Source: a virus (taxonomy: Duplodnaviria > Caudoviricetes). From it: a DNA stretch of 37,115 bases. The position numbers were made by a program, and so were the translations under genes. The number at the start of each line of letters is the position of its first letter. Position 1 is the first letter of the stretch. The notes below the pieces were generated by a model. It made no database searches and had not been told where the DNA came from. It was given only the letters and a program-made list of their open reading frames with translations. The stretch is from positions 1-37,115 of the IMG/VR virus record IMGVR_UViG_3300037482_000110; one strand, 5' to 3'. Below, piece by piece: positions 1-8,995 of the stretch.

Positions 1-1825
1 GGAACAATGCTGAGTATAATATTTCTTTCAGAACCAAGTAATCCGTGCCCTTCCAGTTACTCAGGTCTGCGCTTAATTCAGAATCATCCATAGCGCCGAG
101 ATGAGACTCCTCAACACAAATTACATCAGCAGGAAAGTAAGCAAGACTTAATGATGTATACAAACTGTCCGAGTTAAATGGAGCATGGAAATTTCCAATA
201 ATGACGATGTTTGAATTTTTACGTTTTATCTTATTATACAGCCTCCACCAGTTTAAGAAACGTGTATCCTCGCCACGGGCATTCTCAACTGGATACCAAG
301 AGAAGGTCTGATCCATCCATATATACTTGAAGCCGGTAAATTTATCAAGCAGATCTAACATTTCATTTTCAACTAAAGACATGTATTCATCAAAAACATC
401 GTCTTCCGTCCCTGAGCCTAACCAATCTACCAGGTTTCTGAAATTTCTATCTTGTCCAGGATTATAATATAAACCCACATTGATGCCTTGCGCATTGAAG
501 GCGTCTATGCCTTGTTGCAGGTAATCTGATGGAATGTTTAATCCATCCAAGTCTTCGTGTACAATATTATAATCGAAACCATATTGGGGTACGGTAACAC
601 CATTATACGCATGAGGCACCCCCCCATTATACGGTTGTACATCTGAATTGTCCCAGAATCGAAACCCGCGCGTGTTTTTAGCTTTAAAGACTACATATTG
701 AACATTGCCGGCAGCAGCAGCCTGCGCCGCAAAATCCTCAAAATCATACGGCTTGTCGATTTGAGACCGGGCGTCTGTCCAATCTGTACCGGAGGATGTG
801 TATTGGTAATTGTAGGGTTCTGAAATGAACCATCCTAATTTTTGCGCCTTGTATGCGGTTGTTAGGGCGTTTCCAGCGTCCACCGGAGGTAAGAACATTT
901 CAGGGATAATTGTATTGTAATCCTCTGTTGATATATATGCCTCGTCAATATACCCTGTGCCATTAATACTTGTGTTTGCACCAACAGAAAACATAATCCC
1001 CGCTGACCCTGTAAATAAACTCCCGTCAAGGGTCACTGCATTTTGCGTCGTGTCTTGCTGCTCCCAAACGAATGTACTAGTATTTAGGCGGTAGAAGTAA
1101 ATATCCCCGTTGGCATCATAGCGGATTTTCCATGTTGCATTAAATGTCACCGATACATTTACATCATAAACGGCAGTCCCTCCTTTCGTGATAAGGAGCC
1201 TTGCATTATTGTTGTTTTGTTGCCGCCTTACATGAATGAAGTTACTCGCATCAAAATGGAGGGCAAACATTACAGGATTATTGGAGGGTGTTTGGGTGTT
1301 GTTGAGATCGGCTTGCACTACCCCGCTTTCGATCAGATACGGAGATTTGGATTTGATGTAATTAGTTATCCCCATTACCCCGGTTGGTGAAGTGATGGTC
1401 CATAAAACACAGCCTAGAGTCTGCTCAATGGTAATAATAGATGAATCAGGATTGACAACTTCCCATTTATCAATATCAATTGTTTCGCCATAATTAAAGT
1501 CGTCATACAAAACCCTGATAGTAGTAACCGCTGCGGTGTAACTTGAAAACGCCTCAGACCCACCCGAGGGGGTAACCCCTACCCTGATATACTTACCTAT
1601 GTCATCACTTCCAGGCCAGTAAATAGAGTAATTAGCGATATTAAGTGCTTCCTCATTCGTCCCTTGGTCATCGTCAGCCCTGTACCATTGTACTGTTTCC
1701 GTGCCTACGGGGTCATCCCATGTAGCCGTCAGTAAAGAAGCTACTTCCGCATCCCCTGTAATCTGAAGGTTCTGTAAGGCTTCTCCTCCTCTACTGTAGT
1801 GGCGATATTTTATAGCCGTCTTCAT
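1..1825 (-). CDS. Virion/tail-associated protein with C-terminal GH29 (alpha-L-fucosidase-like) TIM-barrel domain; 3' end lies outside the window
   Basis: Manually translated frame from ATG 1825 (TAATG overlap with upstream stop) running off the edge: MKTAIKYRHYSRGG...TVQWYRADD...DIGKYIRVGVTP (Ig-like)...AAAAGNVQYVVFKAKNTRGFRFWD...AFNAQGINVGLYY...EMLDLLDKFTGFKYIWMDQ...WWRLYNKIK. Confidence 0.75.
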   Translation of the reverse strand, partial: MKTAIKYRHYSRGGEALQNLQITGDAEVASLLTATWDDPVGTETVQWYRADDDQGTNEEALNIANYSIYWPGSDDIGKYIRVGVTPSGGSEAFSSYTAAVTTIRVLYDDFNYGETIDIDKWEVVNPDSSIITIEQTLGCVLWTITSPTGVMGITNYIKSKSPYLIESGVVQADLNNTQTPSNNPVMFALHFDASNFIHVRRQQNNNNARLLITKGGTAVYDVNVSVTFNATWKIRYDANGDIYFYRLNTSTFVWEQQDTTQNAVTLDGSLFTGSAGIMFSVGANTSINGTGYIDEAYISTEDYNTIIPEMFLPPVDAGNALTTAYKAQKLGWFISEPYNYQYTSSGTDWTDARSQIDKPYDFEDFAAQAAAAGNVQYVVFKAKNTRGFRFWDNSDVQPYNGGVPHAYNGVTVPQYGFDYNIVHEDLDGLNIPSDYLQQGIDAFNAQGINVGLYYNPGQDRNFRNLVDWLGSGTEDDVFDEYMSLVENEMLDLLDKFTGFKYIWMDQTFSWYPVENARGEDTRFLNWWRLYNKIKRKNSNIVIIGNFHAPFNSDSLYTSLSLAYFPADVICVEESHLGAMDDSELSADLSNWKGTDYLVLKEILYSALF

Positions 1826-2097
1826 TAAGCGGGAGAGGCGGTTATAACAAAAGTGTCTGTGGCTCCGGCAGCATCGAAATAAAGCTCACCGTTAAAGCAA
1901 CTGATTGGGGGAATGACGTCGCCTACTGCCCATCCGTGGTTTGTAGCGGCCTCCACGGCGCTGGTTCCGAATTTTACCGTTCCGGAGATTACTACAGGAA
2001 AAAACGCCTTGCGCTCGTTTCGGTCGACGTCGGTTAAAATTATTACTGTGGCGTCTGTGGATCCCGATGTAATAAGTTCGCCTTGTACTGCGTTCAT
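1825..2097 (-). CDS. Small beta-rich virion protein (hypothetical)
   Basis: 90 aa ORF translationally coupled to both neighbours in the structural operon. Confidence 0.65.
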   Translation of the reverse strand: MNAVQGELITSGSTDATVIILTDVDRNERKAFFPVVISGTVKFGTSAVEAATNHGWAVGDVIPPISCFNGELYFDAAGATDTFVITASPA

Positions 2098-2633
2098 AGC
2101 TTGAAAATTTTAAATGATGTTCTTGATGATATATTTGAACTTGCCCCACCGGTGTTATAGAGGGGATAATCCGTGTGATTGGTTTTTAGGAACCGGATGA
2201 GCTCGTTCTGATAATTTACCGCCGTGCTTTTCATTTGTTTAGCCTCGGCATGGATCATTTGGAAAGAAGTTGGTTCGCTTTGCGTATTTAGCTTCTGCGT
2301 TACACCAAACCGTGTGATGTTAACCTGATTGGATACAATGAACCGGGCCAGCGTGAAGTAAGCCAGCATGGGTTTGATCCCTGAGAAATAAACTGTCTGC
2401 GCATTGTAGGTGTATTCGACGCCGTCGATAAGATCCTGATAAGCGTCGTACATAGCGTGCTCTTCGTCTGTGAAATTGTTCATGAGATCGTAATACAAAG
2501 CATCGTTCAAGGCGGGACGTAGGTCGTTCTGCTGCGCTTCGATAATGAAAGGATTTATCCGGTCGTCATCAATAACGGCATGTGGCCGGTACGTTCTTAA
2601 CTGTGTGGGCGTTATCAGGGTATCGGTTATCAT
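2094..2633 (-). CDS. Putative head-tail adaptor/connector protein
   Basis: Directly after portal; helical pattern 'FIIEAQQNDLRPALNDALYYDL...IKPMLAYF...YPLY' typical of Bacteroidota phage adaptors. Confidence 0.65.
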   Translation of the reverse strand: MITDTLITPTQLRTYRPHAVIDDDRINPFIIEAQQNDLRPALNDALYYDLMNNFTDEEHAMYDAYQDLIDGVEYTYNAQTVYFSGIKPMLAYFTLARFIVSNQVNITRFGVTQKLNTQSEPTSFQMIHAEAKQMKSTAVNYQNELIRFLKTNHTDYPLYNTGGASSNISSRTSFKIFKL

Positions 2634-4006
2634 AATCCTTCCCCCTCCGGCAAGAAAATATTCAGCTCATCCTCTGTGAATCCATAGGCTTTCAGCATAA
2701 CAAGTCCGGCTTCGCGGCTCATCTTACCGCGTTCTACAAGTCGCATAACCCGCAGCAGGTGACCGGTTTGTTTCGGATCAAGTCTTGTCAGGTTCTCATC
2801 CACTGCCCGTGCCGGGGCTGGTTCCACTCCGGGTTGTGCCTGTCCCGGTTGACCCGGGGTTGCCCCCGGCGCGGGTTGCCCTGTAGTGGACGCTACATTT
2901 CCGTACATTAAGGGCTTAATATTGAAAGTCGAAAACGCGACCGGTTGCCACCAGTGCGAAAATATTTTCTTGAATACCCTGACGATCTGATCGCGGTCAC
3001 CGGAGGTCATCACGTTCATGTAGTCGTAAGAATCACGGATTTCTTCCTGATTAAACATGCCGCTTTCCGGAAGCTGGCCGAGTATCGGCGCTGGCACCGC
3101 CAAGCTTTCGCGCAGGGCGTTTCGTGCGTCCTTAGATGTGAACTCGTACATCTTGTCGGTATTCTGCATTTGAATACTTTCGACAAGCTCACGGGCTTCT
3201 CCGGAAGGGTCTTCAATGACCATGGTTGAATTGGTGCCTTCCGCTCCCTGGAATTGTGCCATGGCTTCGCGGAATTTTCTTTCAGCGGCTTCATCGGCGA
3301 ACTCTCCCGGGTATTTGAAAATATGCTGCGCTGAAAATTTGTTCTGGATCCCGGAGACCGAAGCAACTCCGATCTCAGCCTGTGCCTGTGCGTAGTCAAA
3401 GGCGGCATCAAACCTTACTTTAGGATACTTACCGGGTTTGGGTGTCCAGTACATGATCTGGCCGGGATAATTCTGCCATCCTCCGCACTGCTCCATTTGC
3501 TGACGAACAACATTAGGGTCCGGATTGAATACCGGATATACTTCGATTTCGTATGGATCATGCAGGACCTTGCACGGATCACGTTCCCAGTTGGTGGAGT
3601 ACTTAATATCAGTGATCGCGCCGCGTTCGTTGGGAAGTCCCAGCCGGTTATACATCCATTCCAAAGGAGTTATTTCGGCGATTCGGAAATTAAGATTGTA
3701 TTTGAAGTGAAGGACGAACCCCATAAACGGACTTTTGTCCTGGGCGATAAAATCCAGAACGTCCGTGGCGGTTATCCCTTCCGAGTTGACAACAAGATCG
3801 GCTAGAGCGGGATCCTCCCATCCTTGCCCTTTTATAAAATCGGTGATTCGGTCAATGGCTGACTTTAGCGTAAAGGAACCGTTGCGGACCTCGTCAGCCC
3901 TTTGCGGGTACAGGTTATCTACGTCATAGGCCTGGATCTCGTAAACCCGGTCGATGACAGCTGGCAACCTTTTGAGATACGGATCCCGCTGTATTGTATA
4001 GATCAT
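2630..4006 (-). CDS. Portal protein
   Basis: 458 aa; 'YDVDNLYPQ' N-terminal motif, 'F.G.EG.NS', 'VPAPILG', P/G/Q linker and small C-terminal helical domain. Confidence 0.8.
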   Translation of the reverse strand: MIYTIQRDPYLKRLPAVIDRVYEIQAYDVDNLYPQRADEVRNGSFTLKSAIDRITDFIKGQGWEDPALADLVVNSEGITATDVLDFIAQDKSPFMGFVLHFKYNLNFRIAEITPLEWMYNRLGLPNERGAITDIKYSTNWERDPCKVLHDPYEIEVYPVFNPDPNVVRQQMEQCGGWQNYPGQIMYWTPKPGKYPKVRFDAAFDYAQAQAEIGVASVSGIQNKFSAQHIFKYPGEFADEAAERKFREAMAQFQGAEGTNSTMVIEDPSGEARELVESIQMQNTDKMYEFTSKDARNALRESLAVPAPILGQLPESGMFNQEEIRDSYDYMNVMTSGDRDQIVRVFKKIFSHWWQPVAFSTFNIKPLMYGNVASTTGQPAPGATPGQPGQAQPGVEPAPARAVDENLTRLDPKQTGHLLRVMRLVERGKMSREAGLVMLKAYGFTEDELNIFLPEGEGL

Positions 4007-4383
4007 TCACCTGCATTTACAGTATCGCTTTTTTGCGCTTCCTCTTCGGCGATCATTTTTTCAAGCTGCTCGTCCTCGGTGAGTTCAGCTTCAGCTTTCT
4101 TGTTTTTGGGCTTTCCTTTTTTGGGCTTCTCTGTTTTAGGTTTTGCGCCCTGAACCTCAGCCTGGCTGTTGTCCTGTCCTTCTGGTTCTTTAAACAGTTC
4201 CATGTCGCCGAAGCTGTCAATAACAAGATGTTGTTTGATAAACTTATCCTTGTTTACCCCGTGGCCTTCGGCGCGTCGTAGAAGTATCGCCGCGTGATCC
4301 TTGTTAAAATCCTGCTTGCTTACCACGCCGTGTCCAGGTACATGGATGAAAGCTTTCTTAGGCTTGAATGTTGGTGTGCTCAT
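4003..4383 (-). CDS. Hypothetical protein with charged C-terminus
   Basis: Likely start MSTPTF at 4383 behind an A-rich leader; ATGA-coupled to portal. Confidence 0.6.
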   Translation of the reverse strand: MSTPTFKPKKAFIHVPGHGVVSKQDFNKDHAAILLRRAEGHGVNKDKFIKQHLVIDSFGDMELFKEPEGQDNSQAEVQGAKPKTEKPKKGKPKNKKAEAELTEDEQLEKMIAEEEAQKSDTVNAGE

Positions 4384-4591
4384 TTTTATTGGTTTTTGGT
4401 TTAACTTCTTTTGGAGATTCTTTCGCGGACGGCTCGGCGGTGTCGGACACAACAAACTGATCCGCGTGTTTCGGGTTGAGTTTTAACAGATATTCGTACT
4501 TCTCGTATGTAAGATTTGCACTGTCGATGATCCCAAAACCAAAGACCCGAAGCCTGGAATGTGGATTTTTAAGTTTTACTTTCTTTGCCAT
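4358..4591 (-). CDS. Hypothetical protein, possible paralog of 4003-4383
   Basis: 77 aa ORF with A-rich leader; VFGFGII vs VPGHGVV similarity. Confidence 0.6.
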   Translation of the reverse strand: MAKKVKLKNPHSRLRVFGFGIIDSANLTYEKYEYLLKLNPKHADQFVVSDTAEPSAKESPKEVKPKTNKNEHTNIQA

Positions 4592-4604
4592 AATTTATTT
4601 TTTT

Positions 4605-4634
4605 AAACAAAAGGCCGGGCGTTGAACCCGGCCC
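4605..4634 (-). terminator. Rho-independent terminator after major tail gene
   Basis: Minus strand GGCCGGG-ttcaacg-CCCGGCC followed by TTTTGTTT. Confidence 0.75.
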
Positions 4635-4670
4635 TCGTCATTAAACCTAAACCGCACCTAATCGGTCTCT

Positions 4671-5522
4671 TTATGATACAGTCACGATCAGCACACTGAG
4701 CGCCGTACCCCTGGAAGTCCTTACCTCCAACTTGTACGTTCCTGCGACAAGTGCCACAGATGAGAACGTGAGTGAAGTATCGCTCGCAGTCGTTACCGCT
4801 GTTTGTGTGGTCTTCGCTCCGGTAGACTGATTCACCCATTTCACTGATTGAATGTCTGAGGCCGACCCGCCACCGTGGAACTCGGTTCCTGTGATGGTCT
4901 CGGCGTTGCCGCCCGCAGTGTCGATTGCCAGGTCACTGATATTGGTAACCGTCGGGATCGCTGCGTAGCCGTCAAGCAGATCGAGCGTTGAACTGTAGGC
5001 ACTCTCATCAAAGAACGTCTGCGGAAGTTTTGCTTCCGTTTGGTTCTCCGCTGAAGCGAGTACAAGGTTATAGGCGCCTGAGTTTTCGCTCTTGTTGTTA
5101 ATAGCGCCGTCCTGTAGTTCAAGACCCTGTCCTATGCCAAGCACTTCAAAAGCGTTGTCATCGATCGTTGAGTTCTGTATGATCGCAATGAACTTTCCGT
5201 TACCTAGCTTCTGAATGTTGTTTTTCTGCACCTGGGTATTTTCATATATGAAAAAATTCACCATATGCCGGTACAGCGCCTGACCTGAAGGCGCGGACAC
5301 TTTCTCCCATGAGGGTAGTACGCTGTTCTTAAACCCAGTGAAAGCGTGTGCGACCTTACCGGTTTTAAGTGTGAATGCTGTGATCAAATGCGGGGTTACC
5401 GTGCTTGTCGTAAAGCTGCTGATGTCATCAAGGTTGATTAACAGCAGACGCGGCTTGGTCCCGCCGTACAGGGGATCTTCACAGTCGTACTGGCTACCTA
5501 TCGTTATATCTCCGCATCCCAT
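4671..5522 (-). CDS. Major tail (tube) protein with C-terminal Ig-like (IPT/TIG-like) domain
   Basis: 'MGCGDIT...DCEDPLYGG' N-terminus and 'FEVLGIGQGLE' typical of Bacteroidota phage tube proteins; 'PTVTNIS..IDTAGG...TITGTEF...GTYKLEV' Ig-like C-terminus. Confidence 0.7.
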   Translation of the reverse strand: MGCGDITIGSQYDCEDPLYGGTKPRLLLINLDDISSFTTSTVTPHLITAFTLKTGKVAHAFTGFKNSVLPSWEKVSAPSGQALYRHMVNFFIYENTQVQKNNIQKLGNGKFIAIIQNSTIDDNAFEVLGIGQGLELQDGAINNKSENSGAYNLVLASAENQTEAKLPQTFFDESAYSSTLDLLDGYAAIPTVTNISDLAIDTAGGNAETITGTEFHGGGSASDIQSVKWVNQSTGAKTTQTAVTTASDTSLTFSSVALVAGTYKLEVRTSRGTALSVLIVTVS

Positions 5523-5524
5523 AA

Positions 5525-6208
5525 TTAAGCGCTTATTTCCCTGTTAGAAATCCTAATGTCTGTTCCGTCAAACCATCCCACTGCCGTGGCTGTTTTATTC
5601 GCCGGAATAGTGATCGTTCCACTTGCAAGGATGTTTGTCCCAAAGGTTACAATCCGCTGTGTTCCGTCGGTGTCGAACATGAACACGAACCTGTCGCCAA
5701 GCTTATGTTTTGTCACCGCCGTGGCGTCGACAGTCAGCGCACCGGTTAATTGGGCGGGCTTTACCAGATGCTCCTTTGCGGATTGGTCCGTAACCTCGAT
5801 GGATGAGGCATAGGCAGGCTGTTCCACTGTGGCCGCGCGTCCTTCCGACGTAAGCGAGATCACCCTGAGGGCGGTCCCGTCAAAAATGCAATGCAGTACA
5901 GCGTCCGAACTGATGTTTACCTGAAATGTCGATCCCTCCATTTGAGGGGCGGACTTCACATCGAATCCGGTTCCCAGTGTGACGATCCTTGCGGTCGTGT
6001 CTGCCGTGAAATGAAAGTATACTTCCTGCCACTGAAGTAGACCGGCAACCCCTGCATTGATGGTCATGGCGCCCGTCAATGCCGCGTAGCAGACATGTAA
6101 TGGAACCCCGCCGTCAACACTTTGAAGGCTTGGTTCACTTGTGGAAGCAAAGGCCTGGGCTATTCCCCTGGGGCCGTGTGATCTTGAAAATATTGATAAT
6201 ACACTCAT
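5525..6208 (-). CDS. Putative capsid decoration/structural protein with two tandem beta-sandwich domains
   Basis: Two copies of 'LTGA(M/L)T..A...F.F..D.T.RIVT.GT...FDGT.(L/I)R'. Confidence 0.6.
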   Translation of the reverse strand: MSVLSIFSRSHGPRGIAQAFASTSEPSLQSVDGGVPLHVCYAALTGAMTINAGVAGLLQWQEVYFHFTADTTARIVTLGTGFDVKSAPQMEGSTFQVNISSDAVLHCIFDGTALRVISLTSEGRAATVEQPAYASSIEVTDQSAKEHLVKPAQLTGALTVDATAVTKHKLGDRFVFMFDTDGTQRIVTFGTNILASGTITIPANKTATAVGWFDGTDIRISNREISA

Positions 6209-6211
6209 GCT

Positions 6212-6595
6212 TTAGGCGTATATTTCTCGTGAAGCAATCCGGATAGCCGTGCCGTCGAAAATGCCGCGTGCTACCGCTCCTTTATCTGCCGGGATCGTAA
6301 TGGTTCCGCTGTCAAGGAAGCCGGTTCCAAAGGTCACGATCCGCTGCGTGCCATCGGCATCAAAGAAGAAAATGACCTCATCGAACTGGCTAAGGTTCGC
6401 GATGGTGGTCGCCGCGTTGATGGTCATGGCGCCGGTGAGTTCCGCGTAAACGAAGAATTGAACGGCGGTACCCTTTAGAAACAAAGGAATGCTTGTGGCC
6501 TCGTAAATTTGTATGACAGCTTTGCGGCCTTTGCCTTCAAAGGTGTTGTTGTCCGCTACCGCGCTGCCTACTGTTAATGCTGTTATCTCTGCCAT
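6212..6595 (-). CDS. Putative capsid decoration protein (single copy of the same domain)
   Basis: Immediately after capsid gene; 'ELTGAMTINA...DADGTQRIVTFGTGF..SGTITIPA.K...FDGTAIRI.SREI' closely matches the 5525-6208 C-terminal domain. Confidence 0.6.
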   Translation of the reverse strand: MAEITALTVGSAVADNNTFEGKGRKAVIQIYEATSIPLFLKGTAVQFFVYAELTGAMTINAATTIANLSQFDEVIFFFDADGTQRIVTFGTGFLDSGTITIPADKGAVARGIFDGTAIRIASREIYA

Positions 6596-6607
6596 TGTAT
6601 TTTTATG

Positions 6608-7546
6608 TTAAGAGCCTACGTAATAAACCGTTTCACTGTCCAGCGAGAAATTGGCGTCCAGCTTGAAAAGCGCCTTCAGGAAATAGTGCTCACCTTCAGG
6701 GCGCAACTTTTCGATAATGAAGTTTTCGACATCATTGATCTTTTCGGTTGCGGCGTAAAAGTTTGAGTCGGGACCGGTCGTTGCTTTAGCAACCAAGACA
6801 ACATCCGCAGGGAACCCGCTATAAAACCTGATATCACGTCCACCGTAATTGGCAGGAACATCTTCCGCCGGGCCTTGGCCCTTCTGGCTCAGGTTTCGTA
6901 CTGCTCTTTGATATATCCGGAAAGAGGCCGTGCTCATATGGAAAATCATATCCGGGTCATCGAACAAGGCATTTGGAATTGCCTCTGAACAATCTTCCAG
7001 GATTGCTATAATATTGTTCGTGGAAATGGTCCCGATGTTGGTAACATCAATATTTGTCGCAGACGCGTCTGCCCGGGTGATATATCCGTCAAAGAAGTGG
7101 AGCGGGCTGGTTGTGGCCAGACTGTCGTCACCCTGCCAGAACAAACGCCCGATCTGGTTTTGCGCCTGTTTCATTACCACGTCGGCAAATACTTTCTGGA
7201 TGTTGGGGTCGAGTACCTTATTAGGCAATGATCCCTTCGGCTGGAACTCTCTCCATGATGCCTCAAAAACCCGGGGGTTAATGTCGGGCACATAGATCAT
7301 CATATCCACCGGTTGCAGTGTCGCCTCCGACATTGTCACCGTTGCGGATTTGGTGGTTGGCATTGCTTCCCTGGGAATGATCGGGTTGGCCGTGGAGACC
7401 ATTTTTGCAATACTGATCTTACTGGAAACATTAGGGATCACATAGATTGAACCCTTTTCAACCGCCTCATTGCCTGTTACAGCTTCGGTTATGATGTAGT
7501 CCAGGACGTCGCCATTGTAATTACTTGTTACTGTCGGGGATGCCAT
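6608..7546 (-). CDS. Major capsid protein (HK97-fold likely)
   Basis: 312 aa directly after protease/scaffold; 'FWQGD...FFDGYI', 'IPNAL...D..FHMS..SFRIY' pattern. Confidence 0.8.
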   Translation of the reverse strand: MASPTVTSNYNGDVLDYIITEAVTGNEAVEKGSIYVIPNVSSKISIAKMVSTANPIIPREAMPTTKSATVTMSEATLQPVDMMIYVPDINPRVFEASWREFQPKGSLPNKVLDPNIQKVFADVVMKQAQNQIGRLFWQGDDSLATTSPLHFFDGYITRADASATNIDVTNIGTISTNNIIAILEDCSEAIPNALFDDPDMIFHMSTASFRIYQRAVRNLSQKGQGPAEDVPANYGGRDIRFYSGFPADVVLVAKATTGPDSNFYAATEKINDVENFIIEKLRPEGEHYFLKALFKLDANFSLDSETVYYVGS

Positions 7547-7549
7547 TTT

Positions 7550-8728
7550 TTAATTTTTATTTAATTGTTCTCTTCGTTTTTGCTGTCCTTCCTTCATTTT
7601 ATCGCTTATGGATTTGAAGGCGAATACCTTGGTGCCATTAACCTGGCCGTTGTTATTGAAAGCCTTCACCGGAGCCTGTCCGGCAACTGCCGTATTTTTG
7701 AATTCATTGATCCCGGCCTCTACTCCGGCTTTGATTTTGGCCTCGACGTCGACGGCTTTAAGCGCGTCGAGTTCTGCCTTTTGCGCGGCGTTGGCTTGTT
7801 CAAGGGCCGCGAAACGGGCCTCAAGTGCCGCGAGTGGATTGGGTGCGGGAGTTGTGGTGGTTGGCGGCGGAGTTGTCGCGGGCGCTGCTGCTGCCGGCGC
7901 TGCTGCCGGATCGCCCTTCACTTCAGTTACCTTGCCTCCCATCACTACCAGAATGCGGCCGTCTGAGAGTTTATGTTCACCATCCGGGGCAGGCATAGCC
8001 TGACCGTTTGCGTCAACGATAACAGCGTCGGCCCCCACCAGGTTGGCGGGATCTTCCGAGGAAACGGATACTCTTTGGCCGCCTTCGAGTTCAAGGTCGA
8101 GGGCTTTAATGGTTGTACTCATATTGTTTTTAGATTTATGAAGTGCGAATGCCTTAACTCTTGTGGCTGCCACTTTTTTGGTAGCGAAACCCAATTCGAC
8201 GGCGTGATCTGCGCCCATCCCGGTCTCCTTGTCCATGAGGCCCTTCAAACCAGATTCAGTGATCTTGGTATGGGTTTGGTAAAAATTGCGCAGTTCAGCC
8301 TCTGTGGCTTCAAGGCCTTTTAATTCGATTTTGATTTGCTTGCTGTCGCCGGGCTGTAGTTGCGCCCACGGGTTGTGGATAAAAAATTGATGGCCCTCTA
8401 TAATGGACCGCTCTTCACCTGCGAGAAATAATTTGGTGGCAATGGATCCTACACCCTGTCTTACTTCGCCTTTTTCATTGATGTAAGAATCTGTGATGGT
8501 GTCAACCCGGATACCGGAGTTACGGAGACTGAGAAGATAGTCGTAGATTTGATTCCCTGCGTCAACAAGACCGCCCGGGGAACCGATGTGAACTAAAAAA
8601 GATGTGGCGTCAGGCTGTCTTTTGACCTGAGAAATTACGTCCAGAAGTTCAACGCCCTTTATCTCCTGACCATCGTCGTCAGTGTAGGAACCGATTACTC
8701 CGTGAATGTAAATTTGCCCTTGCTTCAC
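7550..8728 (-). CDS. ClpP-like (S14) prohead protease fused to scaffold domain
   Basis: 'IYIHGVIG', 'VHIGSPGG.V..G..IYDYL', 'GSIAT.LFLAG', 'FFIHNPW'; C-terminal 'APDGEHKLSDG', A/P/T linker and coiled coil; GTG start. Confidence 0.85.
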   Translation of the reverse strand: MKQGQIYIHGVIGSYTDDDGQEIKGVELLDVISQVKRQPDATSFLVHIGSPGGLVDAGNQIYDYLLSLRNSGIRVDTITDSYINEKGEVRQGVGSIATKLFLAGEERSIIEGHQFFIHNPWAQLQPGDSKQIKIELKGLEATEAELRNFYQTHTKITESGLKGLMDKETGMGADHAVELGFATKKVAATRVKAFALHKSKNNMSTTIKALDLELEGGQRVSVSSEDPANLVGADAVIVDANGQAMPAPDGEHKLSDGRILVVMGGKVTEVKGDPAAAPAAAAPATTPPPTTTTPAPNPLAALEARFAALEQANAAQKAELDALKAVDVEAKIKAGVEAGINEFKNTAVAGQAPVKAFNNNGQVNGTKVFAFKSISDKMKEGQQKRREQLNKN

Positions 8729-8755
8729 GGAAGCAAAATTCCGTTAGCCTCGTGG

Positions 8756-8995
8756 TTATGTTACGGACATTAATTTGTCAGTGAAGGAAAACGAGCGCCA
8801 AACGGTCTTTTCGTTGACACGGCAGAGTTCCGCGACTTTTTCAACTGCATGTGTTTTGGGTATTTTCTCCGCTTCCATCACGCGGATTACACGGATAAAC
8901 AGATCACAATCCGAAAGCACACGACTGGAAATAATACCTATATTGATCCCTTCCCGGATGGTAATTTTCTTATCCAGAAGGTCGTCCATACTCAT
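8756..8995 (-). CDS. Small helix-turn-helix protein (possible late regulator)
   Basis: Likely start MSMDDL at 8995 (ATGA overlap); 'KTHAVEKVAELCRVNEKTVWR' HTH. Confidence 0.6.
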   Translation of the reverse strand: MSMDDLLDKKITIREGINIGIISSRVLSDCDLFIRVIRVMEAEKIPKTHAVEKVAELCRVNEKTVWRSFSFTDKLMSVT

